This document shows, one piece after another, positions 12,690-25,985 of a stretch of DNA of 64,000 bases (its first letter is position 1; every line of letters begins with the position of its first letter). The translations under genes and the position numbers were made by a program. Source of the stretch: Eledone cirrhosa (lineage: Eukaryota); contig OZ024749.1 of NCBI GenBank assembly GCA_964016885.1, forward strand, positions 1,302,001 through 1,366,000. The letters are read 5' to 3'. Under the pieces are notes generated by a model. It saw nothing but the letters and a program-made list of their open reading frames with translations, had not been told where the DNA came from and ran no database searches.

Positions 12690-13435
12690 TGAGGTTAGCT
12701 TTTCTTTCAGCATCAAGTGACCAAACATTTATTTGTTTAAGAAATTTGGCATTGTGTGTTCCATGAAATCCTTCACATATTTAGGAACTAAAATCAATTG
12801 TAGCGCTTCTTTAGATGATGAAATAGTGAAATAGGATCATTAAGTTGGTGAAGCCTTTGGAAAGCTGTAAGCAAGGGTATGGAATGAGAGGAAATTAAGT
12901 TTGAAAACTAATATCTCAGTTTAACAGTTGTCATCCCAAAATTTCTGTATGGATCTGAATCATGCACATCACACAGATACTTTCTACAAAAGATGTCTTT
13001 AAAATATCTGTGGTTTCACATGGAAGGACAAAATTTCATAATTATCATCTACAAAGCATAGATGCCTTCTTGATTCAGTCTCAATTAAGATGGGCTGGCC
13101 ATGTTGATAGGACGAATGATGAAACACTGTCGAAAATTCTAACCTATGACCAACTTCAGGATAAACTGATACAAGGATAAACTGAAGTATAATATCAAGT
13201 ATATTGGAATACAAGCTTCATAATTTGAGGAATGTACTGTTGACCGCAATAGGTGGAGGAAAATCTGTCAAAATGGTATGAGGAGCCATGTGAACACAAG
13301 GATTGGGCAACTAAGGGATCTAAGACAAGGTCAAAGGAAAGCAGTTTCTGTTCAACATTTTGTGTGTCAAGGATGTGGTCTGATTTACAAAAACAACATA
13401 GGTTTAGTGTCTGATAGAAGACACAGACACTAAAA
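12690..13435 (+). mobile_element. Degenerate RTE LINE C-terminus (second family)
   Basis: FTYLG, LYGSES, SQLRWAGHVDR, terminal FVCQGCG. Confidence 0.75.
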
Positions 13436-13661
13436 TGTGGGGTATAAAGAAAGTAGAATGTTTATATAGAGAGTGTGTAATGGAGATATAACTTTATCAT
13501 AGATTTCGGCTACTAGTGTACCACATACTAAATAACTTAATTACCAACACAAGCGCTAATCAAATACAAATTAGTACCTCCATTTCAGAATAATACTAAG
13601 AGTGGATAGGTATATATACTCATCAAATATATGTTTCCTTGTGGTTGATTGAAAGATATAC

Positions 13662-13710
13662 ACATCTTCTGATGAGAGTTCAATAAAATTTGAAAATTGA
13701 TTAAAGATGT
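13662..13710 (+). ncRNA. Minimal type I hammerhead ribozyme
   Basis: ACAUCUU-CUGAUGA-GAGUU/AAUUU-GAAA-AUUGAU-UA^-AAGAUGU; 7-bp stem I. Confidence 0.78.
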
Positions 13711-13732
13711 TTATCATTTTATTCAATGTGGC

Positions 13733-14018
13733 ACCGGCCACATATAAAATCTATATTCTTAGTTAGCTTACCTGTGATCCCACTACATCTTTAATGCACC
13801 CATACTTTGCATTTGGGACATAAAATGGAGTTTCTACCTACTCCTTTCCTACACACTGAGCATGGCCATTTCCCAGATGGGACCAGTGCCCTATTTTCCT
13901 TCCTACAAACTAAAACTTTAGTCTTAGACAGGTTAATTTTAAGGCCTTTTGATTCTAGGCCATGTTTCCATGTTTGGAATTTCTTCTCTAGTTCAGCCAT
14001 TGATTCAGCTATGAGCGT
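13733..14018 (-). mobile_element. RTE LINE fragment containing the PHD finger
   Basis: MAELEKKFQTWK..KWPCSVCRKGVGRNSILCPKCKVWVH..ICGRC. Confidence 0.9.
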
Positions 14019-14213
14019 TAATATATATATATATATTGCTGAATTGTCTTACTATTCCTTGTAATAAAAGTTATTTCAATTGTTTTCCTCCTCTTTGGAT
14101 TGAAAGAATGGAAAATTGGTCAATCACCACCTGTTTACAAGTCACTTGCTTTGAATTTGAAAATCAGTCACGAGGTGGCTGTTAGGTGAAATGTAGTTCA
14201 GTGCAGCATAACA

Positions 14214-14269
<56 letters not shown>

Positions 14270-14380
14270 GAACATGCACAATGCAGTGGCTGGCTGCATT
14301 AGTCTGTGGCTGAGTGTGTCAATGTATGGCAGAGAGCTGAAAGTAATAAAACGATAATTACACACACAACTCTATATTTA

Positions 14381-14582
14381 TAGAAGTGTCGGCTGAAAAG
14401 TTCAAAGGCTGACCAAGATACTCTCATGGAATGACTAAATGAGGTTTATTTTTCAACATAATCCCTGAAAAGAGACAATGCAGCCATTAATAGGAAGAGT
14501 TGAAATTAATGCATGCAAGATTTCACAGCTCTAGCATTACTCCTTCATAGTCAGCCTATGAAGTTTTCAGCTGACCCTCGTA
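14381..14582. mobile_element. Mariner-type MITE
   Basis: ~30-bp imperfect TIRs (GTCGGCTGAAAAGTTCAAAGGCTGAC / GTCAGCCTATGAAGTTTTCAGCTGACCCTCG) with TA flanks. Confidence 0.75.
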
Positions 14583-14699
14583 TATATGTATATATATATA
14601 TACAATATATATATATACTTGGTCATTTGCAATACAAACACTTATATACTTGTATTAGTGTTTATCATATATTCATTTGTATATATATACATATATACA

Positions 14700-16370
14700 A
14701 GGGACAAGCATGGAAAGAATGGCAAAATTGGGGAAGCAGAGAACTTTACACAGCGGCCAGGAGAGAGGTGTGGCAACAAGTATACTCTGCAAGGAGGGTG
14801 GAAGAAAATAAAAAGTTTAGCATGTTATGAGGACTGAAAAGATGTGGTATTCCAGATCACGAAACAGTAATTTAGAGAAAAATAGTGATGTTATTGGGAA
14901 GAAGTGTGTCCGAGATGACAATGGCGCACTTGCCCTCACTGATGCCGAAAAGAATACAGCTTGGAAGTATCATTATGAGAGACTGATAAATGAGGAGAAT
15001 GTGTGGGAGGAAGATAGCCTGCCCTGAGTAGAACCAACAGACAAACTAGCTGTACAAGTCAACAGCAACATAGTAAGGCAATTAAGGATATGAAGACAAA
15101 GTAGCGGGGTCATCGAGAATAGTTGCTAAGATGGTAGGACACATCATAAACAGCTATATTGTAAACCAAGTAATAGAGAATGGTACTTTACACAATGACT
15201 GGCATAGCAGCAGCATCATCAATTGATACAAGAGCAAAGGAGATGCTCTAAACAGAGGAAACTACCTGAGGCATCAAATTGATGGACCAGGTCATGAATG
15301 TTATAGGGTCCTTGTGCAACTGATTGAGGGTCGAATTAACAAAAATGAGATGCAGTTTAGATTTGTGCTAGGATGCCCTCTTCCTTGTGAAGAAACTGCA
15401 GGAGAAGTGTCTAGTAAAAGATAAACCCGTCTACTTTGCATTTGTTGACCTGGAGAAAGCTTTTAACAGGATCCTCCTTTCTGGAATTTGGTGGACACTT
15501 AGAAAACTAGAGGTGGATGAGTGGCTTGTGAGGGCAGTACAAGTCATGTACAGAGGTGCAGTATGCAAGGTTAAAATTAATAATGACTATAGGAGGAGTT
15601 TAGCATTAAAGTTAGGGTCCACCAGACTAGAGCAAAAATTCCTGACTTGGAAGTATAACCTGGAATCAATAGGGCTTAAATTCAACTTGGCAAAGACCAA
15701 AGTTCCAGTAAATAGTAAAGAAAACAAGGCCCTGATACCTTCTAGGAAATGACCCTACTGAGTGTGTAGGAAAGGGGTAGGTAGAAAATCCATCCTCTGT
15801 TCCAAATTCAAACTATGGGTACACAAGAGATGTAATGGGATCTCAGATAGGCTAGCAAAGAACATAGGCTTTACATGTAGCTTTTGCACTAGAGCAGTAA
15901 TCAGCAAACAAGGTCTATCAAATTCTTAGAGGGCGCCGTAGAAGCAGTTGACAGCTTCTGCTACCTAGGTGACCAAATTATCAGTGAGGGTGGGTGTTCT
16001 GAAAGTACAGTAACCAGAGTGAGAACTGAATGGAAGAAGTTCAGGGTACTACTCCCACTGCTGGCTACAAAAGGATTTTCTTTCAAAATGAAGGGCAGTC
16101 TGTATGAGGCATACAAACAGTAATGTGTAAATTGGAAATAAATGAAGTTTGCCTGCTCTGATGGATGTGTAATAATAATATACATAAACAGCAAAGAATA
16201 AATGAAGTGAGAAAGAAACTGGGCATAAGAGGGATGAGATGCAGTGTGCAAGAGAGAGGATTGTGTTGGTATGGACATGAGATGCATATGAAAGATGATA
16301 GCTGCATAAAAAGGTACAGAGCCCTCAAAGTTGATGGAAGTTATGGAGTAGGGAGACCTAGGAAGACTTG
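14700..16370 (+). mobile_element. Degenerate RTE LINE (PHD family)
   Basis: Collinear with ~42275-44125: FAFVDLEKAF, WYGH..DDSCIKR. Confidence 0.9.
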
Positions 16371-17396
16371 AGTTTAAGTCTACCTCCCTAATGAACTAGA
16401 CATGGCTAAAGACACCCAAGGGTCAGGTGGTGGTCTTAAACTGGGTGATGGATTAAGTCTACCTCCCTAACGAACTTGACTTTACCAAAGACACCCAAGG
16501 GCCAGGTGGTGGTCTTAAACTGGGTGATGGATTAAGTCTGGAAAGTATGCTGCAGCAAGATTTGTAAAATGGAAAGAAGTTTTGAGTGTGAAATAGAAAG
16601 AAGTTTGTAAAATAGAAAGAAGTTTTGAGTGTGAAAGGAAAATTTAGAAAATCTTGGTGAGATAGGTTAGTTTGACATTGAAATATCCTGTAATTGAGAG
16701 GTTTTTTACTTCATTTTTACTGGCGAGAATATCTTTTTTGAGAACAAAGAAAAGTGCAAGGCCTTTCAGTGCCATGCCCTTCTCTGCAAAACTGCCTCTC
16801 ATTGTAGGGAATCTAAATATCTATTATAGTTCATACACAGCACTTATAACACTAAAGTCTTCCATCATGCAGGAGAAACACTCTGGAAGCCATATTAATT
16901 TTTTTTAATTAAAAAGTAAAGTAAAAAACAAAACAAACATAAAAATATAATAAAAGTAAAAACAAGAACTACAACAGCAACAACAAGTACAATAACAAAT
17001 CGAGTGTTGTGAATGGGGGCCGAATGAAACATCTGAAGCTTTACAAGAGAAAATAGCCTCACGACCTTTAATATCTATTGATACAATAATGTCAAACTAT
17101 CAATGGACAATAACTTTAGTTTTATCTTTGCTATGTTTTTAAATCTAGAGAATACACAAAGACTTATTCTTTCATTCTTTCATTCTCAAAATTGGTCACA
17201 GACTGATGACATGCTGGGGAACCACACTCTTCTACTAGTTTCAGTCATTGGGCAGTGGCCATGCTGTGGCACCACACTATTTTACTGGTCTCAGTCATTA
17301 GAGTGTGGCCAGGCTGGGGCACTGTCTTGAAGTGATTTAATTGATCATATACTTATACAGCAGTGAAATATTTATATATAATCAGTTACAACAGTG

Positions 17397-17579
<183 letters not shown>

Positions 17580-17650
17580 TAAAATGAATTCCAATTTTCA
17601 ACTGTCATTTCACAGTTGAAAATTGCAAACTTGACTGTCACCACACAATA

Positions 17651-17689
17651 TGAACCTGAAGATTGCGAAAGCATGAAAGTACTTGTTCA
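17651..17689 (+). ncRNA. Minimal type I hammerhead ribozyme (39 nt)
   Basis: UGAAC-CUGAAGA-UUGC GAAA GCAU-GAAA-GUAC-UU^-GUUCA. Confidence 0.82.
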
Positions 17690-17811
17690 ATTAACACTTA
17701 ACATTTAATATTCTACCATACTATTTCATTATAATACCATTATAAATTTTAAAGAATTTTAAAGGATTGTAAATAAAACGAGTAAATCAGACAAAATTGG
17801 AATTCCTTTTA

Positions 17812-17868
<57 letters not shown>

Positions 17869-17959
17869 TATGTGATATATATATATAGTGTATGTGATTC
17901 AGTGAATTGCAGGTGGTGATATCAATATGAGAACTTGATACTGGAGTCAGGTCCATAAC

Positions 17960-18392
17960 TTCTCCTCTGATGCCCAATTTCTCTATCAGGTCATTCATGT
18001 ATATTATTACTATTACACATCTATCAGAGCTTGGAAGCATCATTTCTTCCCAATCTTCCCAGGTCCTCTACACATAGTGTCCAGGTCTCAATACCATGTT
18101 ACATTGTTGTTCATATACATGCATCATACAATCTGCCCTTCATTTTGAAAGAAAAATCTTTCATAGCTAGTAATGGTAGTAGTTCTCTGAACTTTCTCCA
18201 TCCTGTTCTTATTCTGGCTACTGTATTTCAGAATGACCCACCTCCACTGTTAATTTGGTTACCCAGGTAACAGAAGCTGTCAACTATTTTTACAGAACAC
18301 TCCAACAATTTGTGAGAGCTTGCTGCTTATTGCTCCTGTGCATTGACCACATATGTTCTTTGCTAGCCTGCCTCAGATCCTGCTACACCTTT
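17960..18392 (-). mobile_element. RTE LINE fragment (PHD family)
   Basis: Reverse complement of VDSFCYLGNQI..GWRKFREL..HGIETW. Confidence 0.82.
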
Positions 18393-19149
18393 GAGCAATG
18401 CCATTTCAAGCTATGAATAGATAGCTCTAAATTCCAAACACAAATACCATAGCTGTCAAAACTTCAACACACACATCTATCTTTATTACTTAGTTACATA
18501 AATCTTTCACATGAAAATATAGAATGAAAACGAAAGAAAATAAGTGAACCCTGAGTGAATTGATCAGACACAACAAGGGGTGCTGGAGTCTTCCACTAAT
18601 ACTTATTGAGTCAAGCCAACTCCCAGGCAGCATTACCATGGGTGATAGCGAGGATAAGGTGTTGGAACAACCAAGCACCCTCATCACCTAGTACCCCAGT
18701 AAGGCAACAAAATCTTATAGTGTTAAGATATTTCCTACAAAAATTGAGCATGTCTGCGAACAAATGTTTCAAATCTAATTAAAAGCAAAACAAATTTACA
18801 TTGATCAATAATATAATTTCACAAAATAATGATAATTTTAATTATCATATATATTTTTTCTATTTGCGTAATCTTTGGTATTCTATGTCTATAATTATAT
18901 TACTACATCACCAAATGAAATTAATTAAGACAACCGGAATATATCAACTAATATTAAAATTATATAACGTTTATATGAAGTAAATGATTTAAGAAGCATT
19001 GGAAGAATTACGAACTGTAAAATGTGTATGTTCCAACGCAAGTGAACATAATAATAGACAATCACTAAAAATAATAGTTGAGAAAATCAGGTGAAGTATC
19101 CAAGGGAATGGAAAAAATGTAGACAAGGGTATGCGTGAATGGGGCCCAC

Positions 19150-21770
19150 ATCTCTCAAATGCCAGGTAGACAGGGGGGGGGTATGTTAGAGGATATGAGA
19201 CCCACATCTCTCAGTTGCCAGGTAGACAGGGGGGTATGTTAGAGGATATGAGACCCACATCTCTCAGTTGCCGGGTAGACAGGGGGTATGTGAGAGGATA
19301 TGAGGTCCACATCTCTCAGTTGCCAGGTAGACAGGGGGGTATGTTAGAGGATATGAGACCCACATCTCTCAGTTGCCGGGTAGACAGGGGGTATGTTAGA
19401 GGATATGAGACCCACATCTCTCAGTTGCCAGGTAGGCAGGGGGTATGTTAGAGGATATGAGACCCACATCTCTCAGTTGCCAGGTAGACAGGGGGGTATG
19501 TGAGAGGATATGAGGTCCACATCTCTCAGTTTCCAGGTAGACAGGGGGGTATGTTAGAGGATATGAGACCCACATCTCTCAGTTGCCAGGTAGACAGGGG
19601 GGTATGTGAGAGGATATGAGGTCCACATTTCTCAGTTGCCAGGTAGACAGGGGGGTATGTGAGAGGATATGAGGTCCACATCTCTCAGTTGCCAGGTAGA
19701 CAGGGGGGTATGTGAGAGGATATGAGGTCCACATCTCTCAGTTGCCAGGTAGACAGGGGGGTATGTGAGAGGATATGAGGTCCACATCTCTCAGTTGCCA
19801 GGTAGACAGGGGGGTATGTGAGAGGATATGAGGTCCACATCTCTCAGTTGCCAGGTAGACAGGGGGGTATGTGAGAGGATATGAGACCCACATCTCTCAG
19901 TTGCCAGGTAGACAGGGGGGTATGTGAGAGGATATGAGACCCACATCTCTCAGTTGCCAGGTAGACAGGGGGGTATGTGAGAGGATATGAGACCCACATC
20001 TCTCAGTTGCCAGGTAGACAGGGGGGTATGTGAGAGGATATGAGACCCACATCTCTCAGTTGCCAGGTAGACAGGGGGTATGTGAGAGGATATGAGACCC
20101 ACATCTCTCAGTTGCCAGGTAGACAGGGGGGTATGTGAGAGGATATGAGACCCACATCTCTCAGTTGCCAGGTAGACAGGGGGTATGTGAGAGGATATGA
20201 GACCCACATCTCTCAGTTGCCAGGTAGACAGGGGGGTATGTGAGAGGATATGAGGTCCACATCTCTCAGTTGCCAGGTAGACAGGGGGGTATGTGAGAGG
20301 ATATGAGACCCACATCTCTCAGTTGCCAGGTAGACAGGGGGGTATGTGAGAGGATATGAGGTCCACATCTCTCAGTTGCCAGGTAGACAGGGGGGTATGT
20401 GAGAGGATATGAGGTCCACATCTCTCAGTTGCCAGGTAGACAGGGGGGTATGTTAGAGGATATGAGACCCACATCTCTCAGTTGCCAGGTAGACAGGGGG
20501 GGTATGTGAGAGGATATGTGGTCCACATCTCTCAGTTGCCAGGTAGACAGGGGGGTATGTGAGAGGATATGAGGTCCACATCTCTCAGTTGCCAGGTAGA
20601 CAGGGGGGTATGTTAGAGGATATGAGACCCACATCTCTCAGTTGCCAGGTAGACAGGGGGGTATGTGAGAGGATATGAGGTCCACATCTCTCAGTTGCCA
20701 GGTAGACAGGGGGGTATGTGAGAGGATATGAGGTCCACATCTCTCAGTTGCCAGGTAGACAGGGGGGTATGTGAGAGGATATGAGGCCCACATCTCTCAG
20801 TTGCCAGGTAGACAGGGGGGTATGTGAGAGGATATGAGGTCCACATCTCTCAGTTGCCAGGTAGACAGGGGGGTATGTGAGAGGATATGAGACCCACATC
20901 TCTCAGTTGCCAGGTAGACAGGGGGGTATGTGAGAGGTTATGAGACCCACATCTCTCAGTTGCCAGGTAGACAGGGGGGTATGTGAGAGGATATGAGACC
21001 CACATCTCTCAGTTGCCAGGTAGACAGGGGGGTATGTGAGAGGATATGAGGTCCACATCTCTCAGTTGCCAGGTAGACAGGGGGGTATGTGAGAGGATAT
21101 GAGACCCACATCTCTCAGTTGCCAGGTAGACAGGGGGGTATGTGAGAGGATATGAGACCCACATCTCTCAGTTGCCAGGTAGACAGGGGGGTATGTGAGA
21201 GGATATGAGGTCCACATCTCTCAGTTGCCAGGTAGACAGGGGGGTATGTGAGAGGATATGAGGCCCACATCTCTCAGTTGCCAGGTAGACAGGGGGGTAT
21301 GTGAGAGGATATGAGGTCCACATCTCTCAGTTGCCAGGTAGACAGGGGGGTATGTGAGAGGATATGAGACCCACATCTCTCAGTTGCCAGGTAGACAGGG
21401 GGGTATGTGAGAGGATATGAGACCCACATCTCTCAGTTGCCAGGTAGACAGGGGGGTATGTGAGAGGATATGAGACCCACATCTCTCAGTTGCCAGGTAG
21501 ACAGGGGGGTATGTGAGAGGATATGAGGTCCACATCTCTCAGTTGCCAGGTAGACAGGGGGGTATGTGAGAGGATATGAGGCCCACATCTTTCAGTTGCC
21601 AGGTAGACAGGGGGGTATGTGAGAGGATATGAGACCCACATCTCTCAGTTGCCAGGTAGACAGGGGGGTATGTGAGAGGATATGAGGTCCACATCTCTCA
21701 GTTGCCAGGTAGACAGGGGGGTATGTGAGAGGATATGAGGCCCACATCTCTCAGTTGCCAGGTAGACAGT
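19150..21770. repeat. Satellite, 53-bp unit, ~49 copies
   Basis: Unit GGATATGAGACCCACATCTCTCAGTTGCCAGGTAGACAGGGGGGTATGTGAGA. Confidence 0.97.
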
Positions 21771-21892
21771 TGCCAGGCAAATGTGTTAACCACTACACTA
21801 AAAAAACACCAATTCCGTCATTTCAGAAATGTTTAAACCTGTAACTAGAACTATAAACAAAGTGGCTGACTTAAGAAACATGGAAAAAATTA

Positions 21893-22112
21893 GAAATGTG
21901 TGTGTCCCAACACAAATGACCATAAAAATAGTAAATTATTATAAATAACAGTTGAGAGAATGAAATAAAGTAGACCTGAAGACAGAAAAAAGAGGACGAA
22001 GGAACTTCTGTCAAGTTTCTCCCATCCAGGGGTACTTTACACGATTTTCTCAACTGTTATCAATAATGATCAACTCGTATTATGGTCATTTGAGTTGGGT
22101 TGCACCCATTTC
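21893..22112. mobile_element. Foldback/MITE-like element with ~85-bp imperfect inverted ends
   Basis: CCCAACACAAATGACCATAA..ATAACAGTTGAGA versus TCTCAACTGTTAT..TTATGGTCATTTGAGTTGGG; related sequence at ~19020-19105. Confidence 0.65.
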
Positions 22113-22167
22113 AAATTACGTAAAGTTTATCATTTCTAAATAAATTCCAGAAAGACAAATTGAATTT

Positions 22168-24460
22168 GTAAGAAACTGACTGACTGTATGTAAGATTTGA
22201 CTGACTGTATGTAAGATTTGACTGACTGTATGTAAGATTTGACTGACTGTATGTAAGATTTGACTGACTGTATGTAAGATTTGACTGACTGTATGTAAGA
22301 TTTGACTGACTGTATGTAAGATTTGACTGTCTGTATGTAAGATTTGACTGACTGTATGTAAGATTTGACTGACTGTATGTAAGATTTGACTGACTGTATG
22401 TAAGATTTGACTGACTGTATGTAAGATTTGACTGACTCTATGTAAGAAATTGTCTGACTGTATGTAAGATTTGACTGACTGTATGTAAGATTTGACTGAC
22501 TGTATGTAAGATTTGACTGACTGTATGTAAGATTTGACTGACTGTATGTAAGATTTGACTGACTGTATGTAAGATTTGACTGACTGTATGTAAGATTTGA
22601 CTGACTGTATGTAAGATTTGACTGTCTGTATGTAAGATTTGACTGACTGTATGTAAGATTTGACTGACTGTATGTAAGATTTGACTGACTGTATGTAAGA
22701 TTTGACTGACTGTATGTAAGATTTGACTGACTCTATGTAAGAAATTGTCTGACTGTATGTAAGATTTGACTGACTGTATGTAAGATTTGACTGACTGTAT
22801 GTAAGAAATTGACTAACTCTATTTAAGAAATTGACTGACTGTATGTAAGAAACTGACTGACTGTATGTAATATTTGACTGACTGTATGTAAGAAATTGAC
22901 TAACTCTATGTAAGAAATTGACTGACTGTATGTAAGAAACTGACTGACTGTATGTAAGATTTGACTGACTGTATGTAAGATTTGACTGACTGTATGTAAG
23001 ATTTGACTGACTCTATGTAAGATTTGACTGACTGTATGTAAGATTTGACTGACTGTATGTAAGATTTGACTGTCTGTATGTAAGATTTGACTGACTGTAT
23101 GTAAGATTTGACTGACTGTATGTAAGATTTGACTGACTGTATGTAAGATTTGACTGACTGTATGTAAGATTTGACTGACTGTATGTAAGATTTGACTGAC
23201 TGTATGTAAGATTTGACTGACACTATGTAAGAAATTGTCTGACTGTATGTAAGATTTGACTGACTGTATGTAAGATTTGACTGACTGTATGTAAGAAATT
23301 GACTAACTCTATTTAAGAAATTGACTGACTGTATGTAAGATTTGACTGACTGTATGTAAGATTTGACTGACTGTATGTAAGATTTGACTGACTCTATGTA
23401 AGAAATTGACTGACTGTATGTAAGATTTGACTGACTGTCTGTAAGAAATTGACTGACTGTATGTAAGAAACTGACTGACTGTATGTAAGATTTGACTGAC
23501 TGTATGTAAGAAATTGACTAACTCTATGTAAGAAATTGACTGACTGTATGTAAGATTTGACTGACTGTATGTAAGATTTGACTGACTGTATGTAAGAAAT
23601 TGACTAACTCTATTTAAGAAATTGACTGACTGTATGTAAGATTTGACTGACTGTATGTAAGATTTGACTGACTGTATGTAAGAGTTGACTGACTCTATGT
23701 AAGAAATTGACTAACTCTATTTAAGAAATTGACTGACTGTATGTAAGATTTGACTGACTGTATGTAAGATTTGACTGACTGTATGTAAGAAATTGACTAA
23801 CTCTATTTAAGAAATTGACTGACTGTATGTAAGATTTGACTGACTGTATGTAAGATTTGACTGACTGTATGTAAGATTTGACTGACTCTATGTAAGAAAT
23901 TGACTGACTGTATGTAAGATTTGACTGACTGTCTGTAAGAAATTGACTGACTGTATGTAAGAAACTGACTGACTGTATGTAAGATTTGACTGACTGTATG
24001 TAAGAAATTGACTAACTCTATGTAAGAAATTGACTGACTGTATGTAAGATTTGACTGACTGTATGTAAGATTTGACTGACTGTATGTAAGAAATTGACTA
24101 ACTCTATTTAAGAAATTGACTGACTGTATGTAAGATTTGACTGACTGTATGTAAGATTTGACTGACTGTATGTAAGAGTTGACTGACTCTATGTAAGAAA
24201 TTGACTAACTCTATTTAAGAAATTGACTGACTGTATGTAAGATTTGACTGACTGTATGTAAGATTTGACTGACTGTATGTAAGAAATTGACTAACTCTAT
24301 TTAAGAAATTGACTGACTGTATGTAAGATTTGACTGACTGTATGTAAGATTTGACTGACTGTATGTAAGATTTGACTGACTCTATGTAAGAAATTGACTG
24401 ACTGTATGTAAGAAATTGACTGACTGTATGTAAGATTTGACTGACTGTATGTAAGATTTG
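22168..24460. repeat. Minisatellite, 21/22-bp unit, ~108 copies
   Basis: Unit GTATGTAAGATTTGACTGACT. Confidence 0.97.
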
Positions 24461-24840
24461 GTGTGGTATGGTGTTGATACTACAGTGTATGGTATGGTAT
24501 GGTGTTGATACTACAGTGTATGGTATGGTGTGGTGTTGATACTACAGTGTATGGTATGGTGTGGTGTTGATACTACAGTGTATGGTATGGTGTTGATACT
24601 ACAGTGTATGGTATGGTATGGTATGGTGTTGATACTACAGTGTATGGTATGGTGTGGTATTGTGTTGATACTACAGTGTATGGTGTGGTATGGTGTTGAT
24701 ACTACAGTGTATGGTATGGTGTGGTGTTGATACTACAGTGTATGGTATGGTGTAGTGTTGATACTACAGTGTATGGTATGGTGTGGTGTTGATACTACAG
24801 TGTATGGTATGGTGTGATATTGTGTTGATACCACACTGTA
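24460..24840. repeat. Tandem repeat GTGTTGATACTACAGTGTA(TGGTA)n
   Basis: ~12 units differing by 5-bp TGGTA/TGGTG steps. Confidence 0.93.
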
Positions 24841-25020
24841 TGTATTTTACTTCATTTATTGGATAAGCAATGATTTGTAATATACACACAAACCAATGAA
24901 GTAGCAAAGTTGTTCTATCTTTAAATAGACAGCCCTCTGCTCTATGTTACAGTTCCTTGTTCTATGTTCTAACTCTACTCATGTCATTCTTCTCTATTCA
25001 TCTCTTCTGGGTTCATAATT

Positions 25021-25465
25021 TTAACCCTTTAGAATTTACATTACTCTATATTTACTATTATATTTTAATGGTAAACTCTTTATCTCACATATTTATCTCA
25101 CATAGCATTTATATTATTCTATATTTACTAGTGTATTTTCACAGTAATATGAAATCTATGAGATTTTGATATTATTTATTTTGAGAATAATACCTTAACA
25201 TCAGTATAAGCGGCTTGTTATAGCCAGTTTGAACAGAAAGAGGTGAGAGAATTCTGGTCGGATATGACCGGTTCAAATGTATGATTCTTGGAGAACAAAG
25301 GTTTTTAGGGTTTTTTAAAAACTTGTTTTTTCTGCTTTAACCTCTATGATACCAAATCCCCTGAAACTAACCCCAGTTCTAATATACAAGAACCCTTTAA
25401 AATCGGTGGTTTTATTTCATAGAACCAGAGCTAGTCTTAGCTGAGTTGGTATCAAAACGGTTAAA
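25021..25465. mobile_element. Two TTAA-ended (piggyBac-like) MITE remnants
   Basis: 25021-~25280 is homologous to 63511-63722; ~25337-25465 has TTAACC..TGATACCA / TGGTATCA..GGTTAA ends. Confidence 0.6.
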
Positions 25466-25565
25466 TAGTAATTTTTGTTTTTTAACTTTTGATTAACAAT
25501 TGTGAATATATTTTGACAATGTGGTGATAGTACACTTCAGCTACTTGGCACACCTCTTTATATAT

Positions 25566-25663
25566 AAGCTTCTACAGGACTAGAACTGTTTCATTCGTGA
25601 GAAATCATTAGGAAGCTCTGATGATTTCTCACGACTGAAACAGTTCTAGTCCTGTAGAAGCTT
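25566..25663. ncRNA. Inverted pair of decayed hammerhead motifs
   Basis: The + copy reads CUGAUGA..GAAACAG/CUGUA^ with a weak stem I; the - copy has core CUAAUGA. Confidence 0.5.
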
Positions 25664-25760
25664 TTCTATATTAAAACATTTATACTCTGCTATGTATTGA
25701 ATACCTTACTTACGGTGGTTACCCCCGATTGAACCCGGAATAACTCATATATATATATAT

Positions 25761-25985
25761 ATAGTGAAAGAATGAAGAGTAACATGGTTGGCTGTACAAT
25801 AAGGGGCTTTATTTCAGGTATTGACAATTGTTTCATTGATCAGGTGAGTCTAGAGGCCGCTAATCACTTGAAGTTGCGTCACTCGATCTCCATTACATTA
25901 TTTACCTCTGACCAAATCCTCAGAATACCTGAAATAAAGCCCCTTGTTGTACAGCCAACCATGTTACCCTTCAATCTTTCACTAT
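25761..25985 (-). ncRNA. Type I hammerhead ribozyme whose stem I is a ~60-bp inverted repeat
   Basis: ..CAGGUAUU-CUGAGGA-UUUGGUCAG/CUGAUCAAU-GAAA-CAAUUG-UC^-AAUACCUG..; arms 25761-25822 and 25924-25985. Confidence 0.85.

Noticed and set aside
19150-21770. CRISPR-like appearance of the regular arrays
   Set aside because: No unique spacers, no cas genes, eukaryotic context.
21976-22030. CUGAAGA inside the foldback element
   Set aside because: No GAAA..UH partner after the hairpin.
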